Shown: positions 39,091 to 51,501, counted from the stretch's first letter. The stretch: 64,000 nucleotides of DNA from an uncultured Collinsella sp. (GCA_902495525.1 CABUXL010000001.1:27051-91050), one strand, 5' to 3'. Notes: generated by a model not told the origin, from the letters alone. Numbers and translations: made by a program.

Positions 39091-40530
39091 TTAGTTCTCC
39101 TCGGTCTCGGTCGCGGCGGTCTCGGCGAAATTCCAGCCCTGCAGGCGGTCCTTCGCGGTGTCGATGTCCAGGTAGTTCTCCTCGCCGTCCATGAGTCGCG
39201 TAAAGGCGGTAAAGAGATAGTGGGCATCGGTGGGGCCGGGCGAGGCCTCGGGATGGTACTGGACCGAGAAGCACGGGGCGTCGAGCAGCTGGATGCCCTC
39301 GGCGGTGCCGTCGTTGAGGTTCACGTGCGTCAGGCGAATGCGGCCGAAGCGCTCGTTCATCACGACCGGCGCGATGCCGCGACGCACCCAGGCGCGCGGG
39401 TCGCCATCGGCCGCATGCTCGGTCTCGCCGCCGGAAAGCTCCGGGATCAGCTTGCCCAGACTGGGGAACAGCAGGCCAAAGCCGTGGTTTTGCGCGGTGA
39501 TCTCCACACGGCGGCTCACCAGGTTCATAACCGGCTGGTTACCGCCACGGTGACCGAATTTAAGCTTTTCCATTTGGGCGCCGCACGCCAAGCTGATCAT
39601 CTGGTGACCAAGGCAAATGCCAAAGACCGGCACCTTGCCGATCAGCTGCTGCACCTGTTCATAGGTCTCCACCACGGCATCGGGGTCGCCGGGGCCGTTG
39701 GACAAAAAGACGCCGTCGGGATTCATGTCGAGCACCTCACTCGCGGGCGTATCCCACGGCACGACAGTAAGGTCGCAGCCGGCACGGACCAGACCCTCCA
39801 GGATGCCGCGCTTGACGCCGCAGTCGTAGGCGACCACGTTGTGGCGGGAAGGAGCGGCAGGGGCAAGCGCAAAGTCATGCGTAGCAGGCAGATCGCTCGC
39901 GGCAAAAGCGTGGGGCTCAGAGCAGCTCACGGTCTTGACCAGGTTCTCGCCCACCAGCGTCGGCGCGGCGGCCAGACGCTCGGCAAGCTCGTCGACGTCA
40001 AAGACCTCGGTCGAGATAATGCCCATCTTGGAGCCGTTGTCGCGCAGGTGGCGCACAAGAGCGCGGGTGTCGACGCCCTCGATAGCGACGATGCCGTGGG
40101 CACGTAAGTACTCCGGCACGCTGACGGCCGAGCGCCAGTTGGAAGGCGTGGCGCACATGTCGCGGACGATCATGCCGCGCATGGCGGGAGCACTCACGGG
40201 GCGAGCGGTATCGCCGGGGAAGGCCGACTGGACGTCGGTCTCGTCGATGCCATAGTTGCCGATCTGCGGATAGGTCATGGTTACAATTTGGCCGGCATAG
40301 CTCGGGTCGGTCATGACCTCAAAGTAGCCCTCAAGCGAGGTGTTGAAGCAGACCTCGCCGGTCGCAGTACCCTCGGCACCGCATGCACGGCCATAAAAAA
40401 TGGTCCCATCCTCAAGGTACAGGATGCAGGGACCGCAGGTGCCCTTGCTGGTTTTGGCCAGCATGCGCTGGCAAAGCTCGCTGGGCGCGAAGGTGCGGAC
40501 AGCAGTGCCCGCAGTATGGTTGTTCGCCAT
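39091..40530 (-). CDS. carA: Carbamoyl-phosphate synthase small subunit
   Basis: [33 protein letters not shown]. Confidence 0.97.
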   Translation of the reverse strand: MANNHTAGTAVRTFAPSELCQRMLAKTSKGTCGPCILYLEDGTIFYGRACGAEGTATGEVCFNTSLEGYFEVMTDPSYAGQIVTMTYPQIGNYGIDETDVQSAFPGDTARPVSAPAMRGMIVRDMCATPSNWRSAVSVPEYLRAHGIVAIEGVDTRALVRHLRDNGSKMGIISTEVFDVDELAERLAAAPTLVGENLVKTVSCSEPHAFAASDLPATHDFALAPAAPSRHNVVAYDCGVKRGILEGLVRAGCDLTVVPWDTPASEVLDMNPDGVFLSNGPGDPDAVVETYEQVQQLIGKVPVFGICLGHQMISLACGAQMEKLKFGHRGGNQPVMNLVSRRVEITAQNHGFGLLFPSLGKLIPELSGGETEHAADGDPRAWVRRGIAPVVMNERFGRIRLTHVNLNDGTAEGIQLLDAPCFSVQYHPEASPGPTDAHYLFTAFTRLMDGEENYLDIDTAKDRLQGWNFAETAATETEEN

Positions 40531-40536
40531 AATTCT

Positions 40537-40567
40537 CCTTCCCGGTCTCTCCGGACCGGCTTAAAGG
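40537..40567 (-). promoter_or_regulatory. PyrR-binding RNA element overlapping the carA RBS
   Basis: Minus strand reads CCTTTAA-GCCGGTCCGGAGAGACCGG-GAAGG, matching the PyrR consensus (CUUUAA...GUCCNGNGAG); GAAGGAG is the SD. Confidence 0.8.
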
Positions 40568-40668
40568 TTGGTAGTTAGGCCTTGCGGTATTTTAACCGCA
40601 AGTATGCGCCATGGCGTTAATTTCATCGAAATGTTTACGAAATGATAATTATGACTTTCTATGCATAT

Positions 40669-40773
40669 TGATTTTTCTGGGACGGGGATTAAAAAATCAT
40701 TCTGAGCGCGGGGCTTTGTCGCCAACTGCATACACAACAGAATGATTATTTAATCCCCGTCCCAGAAAAATCA
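40669..40773. repeat. Inverted doublet of GGGACGGGG-loop REP-like units (family D)
   Basis: 36-nt arms TGATTTTTCTGGGACGGGGATTAAAAAATCATTCTG with one mismatch. Confidence 0.75.
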
Positions 40774-40812
40774 TCCCGCGTGGGCTTGTAACTCACGCGG
40801 GATGATGGCGTC

Positions 40813-41772
40813 TTATTTGTCCTGCTCCAGCAGATCGGACGGCGTGCGATCGGGCTTGCCACCGCGGAAGATCTCGCGGCCATGCAGACGATGCTCCAGG
40901 TCACGTTCGGCCTTTTCCTCGTCAATCTTGGTCTGGCTCACCGACGGGTCCTCAATCAGCGACGACACCGAGTTCACCTGCTTTTGAATGCGCTCGGCAA
41001 TCGTGTCGTCCATGCTCACGATATGCATCTTCCAGTCGATGTTCGTAGCGGTCGATGAGCTCTTGGTCCACACGAACGTCAGAATGGCGCTCTGATGACC
41101 CCTCGCGGGGAACATGCCAAAGAAGGAATCATGCTGGATGTTGCTGTCCTCATCGATATAGGCATGCACGTTGTACACCACGCGGTCGATCTTATCGTTG
41201 AGCAACGCGTTGGTCGCAAGTGCCGCAGCCTGAATCTGCCCGTTGGACAGCAGCTCGAGCTCGTTGGCAGACGACGTGTCCAACACCGTTACCTCGACCG
41301 TGCCTGTGCGCTCGTCCGCCTCGTCGACGGTAAAGTCGAGCGGGAACTGCGTAAAGCCGTTACCCCACTCAAGGCCGCCCTTCAGTGCCGTGGAAACGGT
41401 ATCCACCGAAACACTCTCGGACAGGTTGGCAGTGTTCAGGCGGCGCATCACGCCGTAGCCAATCTGCATGCCCACGATCAGTACAAGGATGCCGATGACC
41501 ACAGCCATAGCGGTCTTCGTAATGGTATGGCTCACCTGCGAGCCCGAAGGGTCGTCCTCGGACAGCGGGTCGATCTGTTTTGTCTGGCTTGCGCGGTCTT
41601 CGCTGCGAAGCTGCGCCAGCGCCGCCTTGTCGCCGCGCTTGGCCGCTGCCTCTTTTTCGCGCATGCGCTCGGTGCGCTTTTTGGCAAGCGTCGGATCCAA
41701 AACGCCGGATGCGTCGATCTCGGAGAATAACTCCGTCACTTCTTCCGGAGTCAAAGGGTTCTTCTCAGCCAT
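40813..41772 (-). CDS. Hypothetical single-TM protein
   Basis: 319-aa ORF with RBS, one hydrophobic helix, followed by a terminator hairpin (40770-40806). Confidence 0.8.
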   Translation of the reverse strand: MAEKNPLTPEEVTELFSEIDASGVLDPTLAKKRTERMREKEAAAKRGDKAALAQLRSEDRASQTKQIDPLSEDDPSGSQVSHTITKTAMAVVIGILVLIVGMQIGYGVMRRLNTANLSESVSVDTVSTALKGGLEWGNGFTQFPLDFTVDEADERTGTVEVTVLDTSSANELELLSNGQIQAAALATNALLNDKIDRVVYNVHAYIDEDSNIQHDSFFGMFPARGHQSAILTFVWTKSSSTATNIDWKMHIVSMDDTIAERIQKQVNSVSSLIEDPSVSQTKIDEEKAERDLEHRLHGREIFRGGKPDRTPSDLLEQDK

Positions 41773-41791
41773 ATACTTCCTGTCATATCAA

Positions 41792-43561
41792 TCAGTCGAG
41801 CTCGTGCGCACGCGCACCTTCGAACTGCATTCGATAGTAACGGGCATAGGTGCCGCCACGGGCGAGAAGCTGCTCGTGCGTGCCACGTTCCACAACGCGA
41901 CCATGCTCGACGGTCGCAATCTCGTCGGCATGCTTAATGGTCGAGAGACGGTGGGCGATGATGATCGTGGTGCGGCCGCGCGCCAGGCGCTCGAGCGACT
42001 CCTGCACCGCCTCCTCGCTCTCGTTATCCAAGGCGCTCGTCGCCTCGTCCAGGATCAGGATCTTGGGGTTCTTGAGAAACACGCGTGCAATGGCTACGCG
42101 CTGCTTCTGGCCGCCCGAAAGACGGCTGCCGCGCTCGCCCACGACCGTGTCGTAGCCCTGCGGCAGCGACTCAATGAAGGCATCGATATTGGCGCGGCGG
42201 GCGGCCTCGGCGACCTCTTCTGCCGTGGCGCCTGGCTTGCCGTAAGCGATGTTCTCGCCAATCGTACCGTCAAACAGATAGACATCCTGCTGCACCAGGC
42301 CAATGGCGCGGCGCAGACTCTGTTGCGTCACGTCGCGCACGTCTTGGCCATCGATGCTGACGGATCCAGCAGCCACGTCATAAAAGCGCGGCAGCAGCGA
42401 ACAAGTCGTAGACTTGCCACCGCCCGAGGGGCCGACCAGGGCAATGGTCTGGCCGGGCTTGATGGACAGATTCATATGGTCGATCACGGGACGAGCCTCT
42501 TCGCTGCTGCCCAGCTCAACATCCTCGTAGCTGAAGCACACATCGCGATATTCAACCGCGCCAGCCGTCACCTGCAGGTCCGCGGCATCCGGCTTGTCCT
42601 GGATATCCGGGGCGGTCGAAAGTACCTCGTCCATACGCTTAAAGCCGGCGATGGCCTTCTGATACGTCTCGGCCGAATTGACGAGCGTCTCGAGCGGGGT
42701 ACAGAACAGCGAAATATAGAGCGCGAAGGTCGCCATATCGACCGCCTGCAGTTGACCTTGCGCCACCAGCCAACCACCCAGCAGCACCACGATCACGTAC
42801 AACACGCCCGAGAGCAGGCCATACGTCGCAGTGTAAACGCCCATGGCGTGATACATATTCTCCTTGGACGAAAGATAGCGGTCGTTCGAGGCGCGGAACT
42901 TGGAGCGCTCAGCTTCCTCGTTCGCAAAACTCTTGACCACGCGCATGCCTGCCAGCGAATCCTGCAGCTGAGCATTAATACCGCTGATCTTTTTGCGGTT
43001 GTCGCTGAAGACCTCGCGCATGCGCATGTTCTGCCAAAACATGATGACCGCAAACACCGCCGTCACCACGGCCATGGCAAGCGCCAGCACCGGGGCAATA
43101 GCAAAGAGGATCACAAACGAGCCGACGATCTCGATGCCGCAGATGATAATCCACTCGGGCACGTGGTGTGCCGCCTCGCAGATATCGAACAGGTCGTTGA
43201 CCACGCGGCTCATCATGTCACCTGAGCTGTTGCGATCGAAGTACGCAAAGCTAAAGCGCTCGTACTGATCGAACAGGTCCTCGCGCATCTTGGACTCCAT
43301 GCGCGCGCCCATCACGTGGCCCCAATAGCTCACAAAGTAGCGGCAGGCGCAGCGGACGGCATACATCAGTACCAGGCCAACCGCGATCATACCGATCGCC
43401 TGCATAATAGCAGCCTGACCCTGGGTAAAGAGCCCGCCGGTCAGATTGCGCAGAATGATAGGAAACGCCAGGTCGATGGCGGCAAGCACCAGGGCGCAAA
43501 CAGTATCGGCAACAAAAAGCCCCATCTGGGGCTTGTAATAAGACAAAAACCTTCTAAACAT
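41792..43561 (-). CDS. ABC transporter, fused permease/ATP-binding (exporter type)
   Basis: TM domain plus GPSGGGKS, LSGGQKQR, ILDEATSALD; start set at MFRRFLSYY. Confidence 0.95.
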   Translation of the reverse strand: MFRRFLSYYKPQMGLFVADTVCALVLAAIDLAFPIILRNLTGGLFTQGQAAIMQAIGMIAVGLVLMYAVRCACRYFVSYWGHVMGARMESKMREDLFDQYERFSFAYFDRNSSGDMMSRVVNDLFDICEAAHHVPEWIIICGIEIVGSFVILFAIAPVLALAMAVVTAVFAVIMFWQNMRMREVFSDNRKKISGINAQLQDSLAGMRVVKSFANEEAERSKFRASNDRYLSSKENMYHAMGVYTATYGLLSGVLYVIVVLLGGWLVAQGQLQAVDMATFALYISLFCTPLETLVNSAETYQKAIAGFKRMDEVLSTAPDIQDKPDAADLQVTAGAVEYRDVCFSYEDVELGSSEEARPVIDHMNLSIKPGQTIALVGPSGGGKSTTCSLLPRFYDVAAGSVSIDGQDVRDVTQQSLRRAIGLVQQDVYLFDGTIGENIAYGKPGATAEEVAEAARRANIDAFIESLPQGYDTVVGERGSRLSGGQKQRVAIARVFLKNPKILILDEATSALDNESEEAVQESLERLARGRTTIIIAHRLSTIKHADEIATVEHGRVVERGTHEQLLARGGTYARYYRMQFEGARAHELD

Positions 43562-43661
43562 GCAGTCCTCGGAGAGAAATAAATAGCGTGAGAAATCCGG
43601 TTGAACCGGTCGGGCTGAAAACAAAGCGTCCCAACAAACATAACGCCAATGATCTGGCAGC

Positions 43662-43808
43662 GTCAGCGACAACGTCCCTAAGCGAGCAAGGTGCCTTGAA
43701 AGAGGAGCGACGCGTACTTCGGTACGCGAGCGACGATTGAAAGGCAGATTGCCGCTTAGGGGCGTTTGCAGCGTCGACTCGTTACGCGGTTTGGTAAAAC
43801 CGCGTAAC
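43662..43808. repeat. Structured palindromic element, family A, copy 2
   Basis: Same architecture as 854-1001, with compensatory stem changes and an identical 28-nt terminal hairpin. Confidence 0.85.
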
Positions 43809-44513
43809 CTAGAGTTCGGCTCCGCCCAACCTATGTGCGATGCTATCGCAGGCCAAGGCGCCCACGACGGTCTTGGCATCTTCGATCTTGCCGTCGAGCA
43901 CAGCATCGATCAGCTCGTGCAGCGGCACTAAATCCACGTTGACGAACTCGTCATCATCGGGGTTGGGCGCATCGAACTCGAGCTTGGTGGCCAGGTAGAT
44001 GTGAATGATCTCGTCGCAAAAACCGCAGGACGTGACAATCGACGTCAAAAAGCGAATGCGACCGGCCCTAAAGCCCGTCTCCTCATGCAGCTCGCGCTTG
44101 GCGCAATCGAGCGGGTCCTCGCCTGGGTCGAGCTTGCCGGCGGGAACCTCGACCGTCACGCGGTCGATGGCGGTGCGGTACTGACGCACCAGTACGATCT
44201 TGCCGCTCTCGGTCAGTGCCACAACGGCCGCCGCACCCGGATGGCGAACGATATCGCGGGCGCTACGGCGACCGTTGGGCAGTTCAACCTCAAGACGGTG
44301 GACGTCGAGGATCTTGCCCTTCCAGGCGCACTCCTCCGAAAGAATCTTCTCGTGCAGCTCGGCATCGTGCGGGTCGTCGTCGCCCAGCACCAGCGCCGGC
44401 TCGTCAGCGACCTCGCCACCAGGCTCGCCCTCGGCGTGCCCATACATGCGGCTGTCCTCTTCGACGATCTGCGCGTCCACGAGCTCTTCGTTCTTCTCGT
44501 CCATCCGTCTCAT
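43809..44513 (-). CDS. NUDIX hydrolase (ADP-ribose pyrophosphatase-like)
   Basis: HPGAAAVV, RQYR, PAGKLDPGEDPLDCAKRELHEETG Nudix box. Confidence 0.93.
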   Translation of the reverse strand: MRRMDEKNEELVDAQIVEEDSRMYGHAEGEPGGEVADEPALVLGDDDPHDAELHEKILSEECAWKGKILDVHRLEVELPNGRRSARDIVRHPGAAAVVALTESGKIVLVRQYRTAIDRVTVEVPAGKLDPGEDPLDCAKRELHEETGFRAGRIRFLTSIVTSCGFCDEIIHIYLATKLEFDAPNPDDDEFVNVDLVPLHELIDAVLDGKIEDAKTVVGALACDSIAHRLGGAEL

Positions 44514-44525
44514 CCCTCTCGGACT

Positions 44526-45830
44526 TTAGGCATCCCAGGCGTCGCGGCCACGCAGCGCGCGCAGGCCGATGTCATGACGCAGGGTCTTGCCCTCAAAATC
44601 AATCTTCTCGCAGGCATCGTAGGCAAGGTTGCGGGCGTTCTCAAACGTATCGCCCAGCGCGGTCACGGCAAGCACACGGCCGCCGTTGGTCACGAGCTGA
44701 CCGTCCACCACGGCGGTGCCGGCATGGTACACGGTCACGTTCTCCATGGACTCGGCGTCGGCGATGCCGGTGATGACTTTGCCCTTCTCGTAGCTGCCGG
44801 GGTAGCCCGCGCTCGTCAGGACAACAGCCACGGCCCACTCGTCACGCCAATCGAGCTCAATCTGATCAAGCTCGCAGTTGGCGCAGGCGAGCATAACCTC
44901 GACCAGGTCGTTCTTGAGGCGCGGCAGCACGACCTGCGTCTCGGGGTCGCCAAAGCGGGCGTTGAACTCCAGCACCTTGGGGCCGGCGGGGGTGAGCATA
45001 AAGCCGCCATACAGGCAGCCGCGGTAGTCGATGCCCTCGGCAGCAAGCTCGGCCACGGTCTGCTCCATGACTTTCACCATGGTGGCGTGCTCCTCGTCGG
45101 TCACGATGGGCACCGGGCTGTAAACGCCCATGCCGCCGGTGTTGGGGCCAAGGTCGCCCTCGAGCGCACGCTTGTGGTCCTGCGAGGTGGCCATGGGGCG
45201 CACGGTCTTGCCGTCGGTAAAGGCCAGCAGCGAGCACTCGGGGCCAACCAGCATCTCCTCAATGACAACGGTATTGCCGGCATCACCAAAGGTGCCGCCA
45301 AAGCACTCGCGCACGGCCTCCTCGGCCTGCGCAAGCTCAGTCGCCACGATAACGCCCTTGCCTGCGGCCAGGCCGTCTGCCTTCACGACCAGCGGGGCGC
45401 CCTGCTCGCGCACGTAGGCGAGAGCCGAAGCCTCGTCGGTGAACGAGCCGTAGGCTGCCGTCGGAATGCCGGCACGCTCCATGAGTTGCTTGGAGAACAG
45501 CTTGGAGCCCTCCATCTGAGCGCCCTCGGCACCCGGGCCAAAGCAGGGAATGCCCGCCGCGCGCACGGCATCGGCTACGCCCGCCACGAGCGGAGCCTCG
45601 GGGCCAATCACCACGAGTCCGCATCCGTGGCTCTGGGCAAACGCCGCCACGGCCGCAGGATCGCAATCGTCGAGAACCACGTTCTCGCCGCAGCTCGCGG
45701 TGCCGCCGTTACCCGGCGCAATGTAGAGCTTGCCGGCGCGCGGTGATGCTGCGAGTTTTGCTGCCAGAGCATGCTCGCGGCCGCCGCTGCCCAACAACAG
45801 GATGTCGATGGTTTGAGTGTCCGCCTTCAA
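44526..45830 (-). CDS. purD: Phosphoribosylamine-glycine ligase
   Basis: [35 protein letters not shown]. Confidence 0.97.
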   Translation of the reverse strand: MKADTQTIDILLLGSGGREHALAAKLAASPRAGKLYIAPGNGGTASCGENVVLDDCDPAAVAAFAQSHGCGLVVIGPEAPLVAGVADAVRAAGIPCFGPGAEGAQMEGSKLFSKQLMERAGIPTAAYGSFTDEASALAYVREQGAPLVVKADGLAAGKGVIVATELAQAEEAVRECFGGTFGDAGNTVVIEEMLVGPECSLLAFTDGKTVRPMATSQDHKRALEGDLGPNTGGMGVYSPVPIVTDEEHATMVKVMEQTVAELAAEGIDYRGCLYGGFMLTPAGPKVLEFNARFGDPETQVVLPRLKNDLVEVMLACANCELDQIELDWRDEWAVAVVLTSAGYPGSYEKGKVITGIADAESMENVTVYHAGTAVVDGQLVTNGGRVLAVTALGDTFENARNLAYDACEKIDFEGKTLRHDIGLRALRGRDAWDA

Positions 45831-45948
45831 GGGTGCCTCCTCTATGGATTAGCGGCCCGCTCCGCGCGAGCCCTTTGCAAGCAAATATACCCCTCAGCCG
45901 CCCGTCCGGGCTGCAAAGGGGTATATCGCAATAACCGAATAGTGCCGA

Positions 45949-47244
<1,296 letters not shown>

Positions 47245-47328
47245 TTACATTCATGGACTGTCTACGCGCCACGCTGGCACGCAGAAGCACAAAACATTCC
47301 CAGTATACCCGTGCAACGGGCGCCTGTC

Positions 47329-48720
47329 CTACTCCTCGGTATGCGCCCCATCAAGCTCATAGAACTTGGTGGATGCCGGCAGGAACATCAGGTCGACGTC
47401 ACCGATCGGGCCCGAACGGTTCTTGGCCACGACGATACGCGTAACGCCCTCGTCGGGTCGATCGTCACGCGAGGCCTCGGCCTCATCGGCGGAGCGGTCC
47501 AAGAACATAACGATGTCGGCGTCCTGCTCGATGGAGCCCGATTCACGCAGGTCGGACAGCTGCGGGCGTTTGCCGGTACGGGACTCGACCTGACGCGACA
47601 GCTGCGACAGCGCGATCAACGGAATCTTGAGCTCCTTGGCCATGATCTTTAAGCCACGCGACATCTCGGAGACCTCGACGGTACGGCTCTCGGAGCGACG
47701 TCCCGGCGGAGGACTCACCAGCTGCAGGTAGTCCAGGATGATGATGGCCTTCTCCTTGTTGTGGAGCATGCGGCGGCTCTTGGCGCGGATCTCGGTCACC
47801 GTGGTGCCGGGCGTATCGTCAATCAAAATGTCGAGCTTAGACAAGGTCTGCGTGGCCTCGTTGATATTGGCCCACTGCTCGGGGCTAATGCGGCCCGTAC
47901 GGAAGTCGCTGATCGAGATCATGGCGTAGGCGCAAATCAGGCGCTGGGCAATTTCCTTGCCCGACATCTCCAGCGAAAAGAAGCCGACGGTATAGCCCGC
48001 AGCGGCGGCGTTGAGCGCCAGGTTCAGAGCAAACGACGTCTTACCCACGGCAGGGCGGGCGCCGATAATGATGAGCTGGCCCTCGCGGAAACCCATAAGC
48101 ATGCGGTCGAGTGACGGGAAGCCGGTGGGCACGCCCGCGGCCTGTCCGCCGGCCTTACACACTTCCTCGGCCTCGTTATAGGCCTCGACCATAAACTCGG
48201 TCAGCGTCTTATAGCTCGACTTGACCTCGCGCGCCGTGACCTTGAGCAGCTTGCTCTCGGCCAGCTCCACGACCTCTTTGGTGTCGGTAGGGGCGTTATA
48301 GGCCAGCGCGTTGATCTCGTTGGTGGCACCGATCAGCTCGCGCAGCATCGAGTCGCGACGGACGATGGCGGCATGGTGCTGCCAGTTCACGAGCGACAGG
48401 GTCTGACCCATCAGCTCCAAAATGTAGGCCTCGCCGCCCACGGCATCAAGCTTGTTGATACTACGCAGGTAATCGATCAGCGAGATAGAGTCGATGGGAA
48501 TGCGGCTGTTGTACATATCGACCATCGCGGTGTAGATGGTCTTATGGATGGGCCGGTAGAAGTCATCGGGCTGCAGCTCGACCTGGGCCTCCTCGACCAC
48601 CTCGGGCGACAGCAGCATGGCGGCCAGTACATTGGCCTCTGCATCTTGGTTTTGAGGGAGACCCAACTTGGAGCCACGGTCCTCGACCGTCAGCCCCGTC
48701 TCCCTTTCGTCATATGCCAT
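47329..48720 (-). CDS. dnaB: Replicative DNA helicase
   Basis: ARPAVGKT, FSLEM, DYLQL, LSQLSR, DLRESGSIEQDAD, KNRSG; no intein. Confidence 0.97.
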   Translation of the reverse strand: MAYDERETGLTVEDRGSKLGLPQNQDAEANVLAAMLLSPEVVEEAQVELQPDDFYRPIHKTIYTAMVDMYNSRIPIDSISLIDYLRSINKLDAVGGEAYILELMGQTLSLVNWQHHAAIVRRDSMLRELIGATNEINALAYNAPTDTKEVVELAESKLLKVTAREVKSSYKTLTEFMVEAYNEAEEVCKAGGQAAGVPTGFPSLDRMLMGFREGQLIIIGARPAVGKTSFALNLALNAAAAGYTVGFFSLEMSGKEIAQRLICAYAMISISDFRTGRISPEQWANINEATQTLSKLDILIDDTPGTTVTEIRAKSRRMLHNKEKAIIILDYLQLVSPPPGRRSESRTVEVSEMSRGLKIMAKELKIPLIALSQLSRQVESRTGKRPQLSDLRESGSIEQDADIVMFLDRSADEAEASRDDRPDEGVTRIVVAKNRSGPIGDVDLMFLPASTKFYELDGAHTEE

Positions 48721-48946
48721 GAGCATCCTCATTCATATCGCTTGCGAGCATCCATAGTATCAGCCACAGCCTCAAAACGGGCCGCGCCCCGGCAATCATC
48801 ACCGAACGAAACGGATGAACGGTCCTGCATGTGGGACTTCACCACAACGCCTGCCATGGCACTCGCATCGCGCTAAAAAGCAAAAAGGGCGCCCTGGTCT
48901 CCCAGAGCGCCCTTCTTAGAACAAGATTGTTGCGTTGCAGCAAATG

Positions 48947-49486
48947 CTACTCGGCAGCAGCCTCAGTCTCGACCTCGGCGGTCTCGGCCTCGGCGACCTC
49001 AGCGGCCTCCTCAACCTCAGCCTCGGCAGCGAGCTCCTCGGCGGTAACGCCAACGAGAACGACAACCTCGGCCTTGATCTCGCGGTACAGCGAGATGGCA
49101 ACGGTGTGGGCACCGGCAACCTTGATGGGCTTACCGAGCTCGACGCGCTTGCGGTCGATGTCCATACCGAGCTGAGCCTTGATGGCGTCAGCGATCATGG
49201 CGGCGGTAACGGAGCCAAAGAGGATGCCCTCGTCGCCGACCTTGACGTCAACGGTGACCGTCTTGCCCTCGAAGGCAGCCTTGGTCTCGTTGGCGGTAGC
49301 CAGACGGACGGCCTCGCGCTTGGCGATGTTGTTGCGACGCTCGTCAAGCTGCTTGAGGTTGCCCTTGGTGGCGGCAACAGCGAGCTTCTTGGGGAACAGG
49401 AAGTTCTCAGCGTAACCCTGAGCGACCTCTACGACGTCACCCTCGCCGCCCTTGCCCTTGATCTCATCGAGAAGAATAACCTTCAT
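48947..49486 (-). CDS. rplI: 50S ribosomal protein L9
   Basis: MKVILL...GDVVEVAQGYAENFLFPK...LFGSVT. Confidence 0.97.
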   Translation of the reverse strand: MKVILLDEIKGKGGEGDVVEVAQGYAENFLFPKKLAVAATKGNLKQLDERRNNIAKREAVRLATANETKAAFEGKTVTVDVKVGDEGILFGSVTAAMIADAIKAQLGMDIDRKRVELGKPIKVAGAHTVAISLYREIKAEVVVLVGVTAEELAAEAEVEEAAEVAEAETAEVETEAAAE

Positions 49487-49501
49487 GATGCGTCTCCCTT
49501 C

Positions 49502-49768
49502 TTAGCCGCGGTCGCGGTTGCCACGAGAGGAAACCACGGGGACGGTGTACGGCAGGAGAGCCATCTCGCGGGCGCGCTTGATGGCGTTGGCGATGTCATG
49601 CTGATGCTGCGTGCAAGCGCCAGTGACGCGACGGGGCTTGATCTTGCCACGGTCGGTCATGTACTTACGGAGAAGCTGAGTGTCCTTATAGTCGATGAAC
49701 TCAGTGTTCTCCTTGCAGAACTGGCAGTACTTACGACGCGGCTGACGTGCAGAAAAATCATTAGCCAT
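49502..49768 (-). CDS. rpsR: 30S ribosomal protein S18 (Zn-binding form)
   Basis: YCQFC...IDYKD...[10 protein letters not shown]...[12 protein letters not shown]. Confidence 0.97.
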   Translation of the reverse strand: MANDFSARQPRRKYCQFCKENTEFIDYKDTQLLRKYMTDRGKIKPRRVTGACTQHQHDIANAIKRAREMALLPYTVPVVSSRGNRDRG

Positions 49769-49840
49769 GTCAAAATACCTTTCGTTTGGCAACTTCGGCG
49801 AACCGAAGCCGCCTCTCACTCAAAAATAGGTGAACAGCCC

Positions 49841-50296
49841 TTAAAACGGGATGTCCTCATCGTAGACGTCGACCGCGGGCGGCGTAGCCACCGGTGCGGC
49901 AGGACGCGGTGCGGGCGCTGCAGGGGCTGCGGGCGCGTAACCGCCCTGATCGTAGCCACCCTGGCCACCACGGGAGCTCATAAACTCGATCTCATCGACG
50001 ATGACCTCAAGCTTGCTCCGGCGCTGGCCGTCGCGCTCCCAAGAGCTGTAGCGCAGCTTGCCCTCGATCGCGACCTTGTTTCCCTTTGCCAGGAAACGGC
50101 TCACGGCCTCGGCGCGCGTGCCGAACATAGTGCAGTCGACAAAGTTGGGATAGTCCTCCCACTCGCCAGTCTGCGGGTTGCGGCGACGATCGTTCACGGC
50201 GACGCCAAAGGACAGAACCTGGGTTCCGCCAGCGGTGGCGCGCAGCTCGGGATCACGCGTGAGGTTACCGGTGATGTTCACTCGATTGATGCTCAT
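49841..50296 (-). CDS. ssb: Single-stranded DNA-binding protein
   Basis: INRVNITGNLTRDPELR...DEDIPF tail. Confidence 0.97.
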   Translation of the reverse strand: MSINRVNITGNLTRDPELRATAGGTQVLSFGVAVNDRRRNPQTGEWEDYPNFVDCTMFGTRAEAVSRFLAKGNKVAIEGKLRYSSWERDGQRRSKLEVIVDEIEFMSSRGGQGGYDQGGYAPAAPAAPAPRPAAPVATPPAVDVYDEDIPF

Positions 50297-50344
50297 AACT
50301 CACTACTTCCTCTTGGGGCACAAGCCCAGTCCAAAACGACAGTC

Positions 50345-50638
50345 TTACTCCTGGTCGTCGCGACGGACGATCATGTGGCGGACCACAGCGTCGGTGATGC
50401 GCAGGACGCGATCAAGCTCGGCGATCTGGGTAGGATCTGCGTGGAAGTTGATGAGGGTGTAGTCACCATCGGTGAGGTCGTTGATCTCGTAGGCGAGCTT
50501 GCGCTTGCCCCACTCGTCAACGGAGTCGACCTTGCCAGCGCCCTCAGCGATCGTGGTATCGATACGCTTCATAACAGCGAGACGAGTCTCGGGGTCGAGC
50601 GACGGGTCAACAAAGAACAGCAGTTCATAAGCCTTCAT
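50345..50638 (-). CDS. rpsF: 30S ribosomal protein S6
   Basis: MKAYELLF...WGKRKLAYEI...ELDRVLRITDAVVRHMIVR. Confidence 0.97.
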   Translation of the reverse strand: MKAYELLFFVDPSLDPETRLAVMKRIDTTIAEGAGKVDSVDEWGKRKLAYEINDLTDGDYTLINFHADPTQIAELDRVLRITDAVVRHMIVRRDDQE

Positions 50639-50644
50639 ATTGTC

Positions 50645-50703
50645 ACCTCCTCTGGGCAAATGTGGCTTCAGGTCGTGAAGGTGCGCCTGAAGCAGGAAAA
50701 GAC
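50645..50703 (-). promoter_or_regulatory. Probable S6:S18 ribosomal-protein leader
   Basis: Hairpin GCTTCAGG...CCTGAAGC followed by CCC-AGAGGAGG at the rpsF SD; position is typical of this leader. Confidence 0.5.
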
Positions 50704-51088
50704 TTGGTAATAATATCTTTCAACCTCCCAGGCCGCAAGAATATGCAGCTACAACCTCATGACCTCCACATATGTCCATACTTACACGGCACTTCATGCG
50801 TCTTCCAACCAAATGCTGACCAAATGCTTGACGGATCTGTGGACAAGATACGGCGCTGCGGGGACAAACCAAATCAAATCGCAGGTCAGCAATTGCAAGG
50901 CTGTGGTCGCGAAATGCATACCAGTGGTTCACAACACCGTTCAAAGATTTTTAAAATTGCTGCCACGTTGTTTATAGATACCCATTTTGAACAATTTGCC
51001 GCATGCAGCCCTGCTGGTCAGAGCCCGTTTTCGGCCTCCTGGATCCCATCACGAAGCCAAACGTTTCAAAAAATGCCAACTTTTCTGT

Positions 51089-51116
51089 TTGCACTTTGCG
51101 ATTCCTCGTGTATACT
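51089..51116 (+). promoter_or_regulatory. Sigma70-type promoter for the tRNA-Ser pair
   Basis: TTGCAC-N16-TATACT, 16 nt before the tRNA. Confidence 0.55.
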
Positions 51117-51132
51117 GACTTTCGCATTTAAC

Positions 51133-51223
51133 GGAGAGTTGTCCGAGTGGCCGAAGGAGCACGATTGGAAATCGTGTAGGCGTCAAAAGCGTCTCCAGGG
51201 TTCAAATCCCTGACTCTCCGCCA
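51133..51223 (+). tRNA. tRNA-Ser(GGA)
   Basis: GGAGAGT...CACGA-TTGGAAA-TCGTG, long variable arm, TTCAAAT, ACTCTCC-G-CCA. Confidence 0.97.
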
Positions 51224-51271
51224 GTTAATTCCAAAGCAGGCCTTCGAGCCTGCTTTGTTTTTACCCCACGC

Positions 51272-51362
51272 GGAGGGGTGGCAGAGTGGTTGAATGCGGC
51301 GGTCTCGAAAACCGTTTGGCCTGTATAAGGTCACGAGGGTTCGAATCCCTCCTCCTCCGCCA
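51272..51362 (+). tRNA. tRNA-Ser(CGA)
   Basis: GGAGGGG...GCGGT-CTCGAAA-ACCGT, long variable arm, TTCGAAT, CCA end; terminator at 51372-51400. Confidence 0.97.
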
Positions 51363-51434
51363 TTTTGCTTGAAAAAGCTCCCAGCAACGGGAGCTTTTTT
51401 GTTATCGGATCCCCTCTCGGCCGCACATCCCAAC

Positions 51435-51501
51435 CAAACATGTACATCACCCTCCAAAAACGACATTTTTCGACATCTTTGGAGGCTGATGTACATGTTT
51501 G
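51435..51501. repeat. 67-bp palindromic repeat, left copy
   Basis: CAAACATGTACATCACCCTCCAAA...TTTGGAGGCTGATGTACATGTTTG. Confidence 0.9.

Noticed and set aside
39090..39227. ORF-track N-terminal extensions of carB (and similarly 43562-43906, 17956-18006, 35129-35185)
   Set aside because: They overlap neighbouring genes or repeats; family-typical starts lie downstream.
50700..51100. Possible oriC in the AT-richer rpsF-tRNA gap
   Set aside because: Only one perfect DnaA box (TGTGGACAA, 50838-50846) was found; dnaA and oriC are expected beyond gyrB, outside the window.
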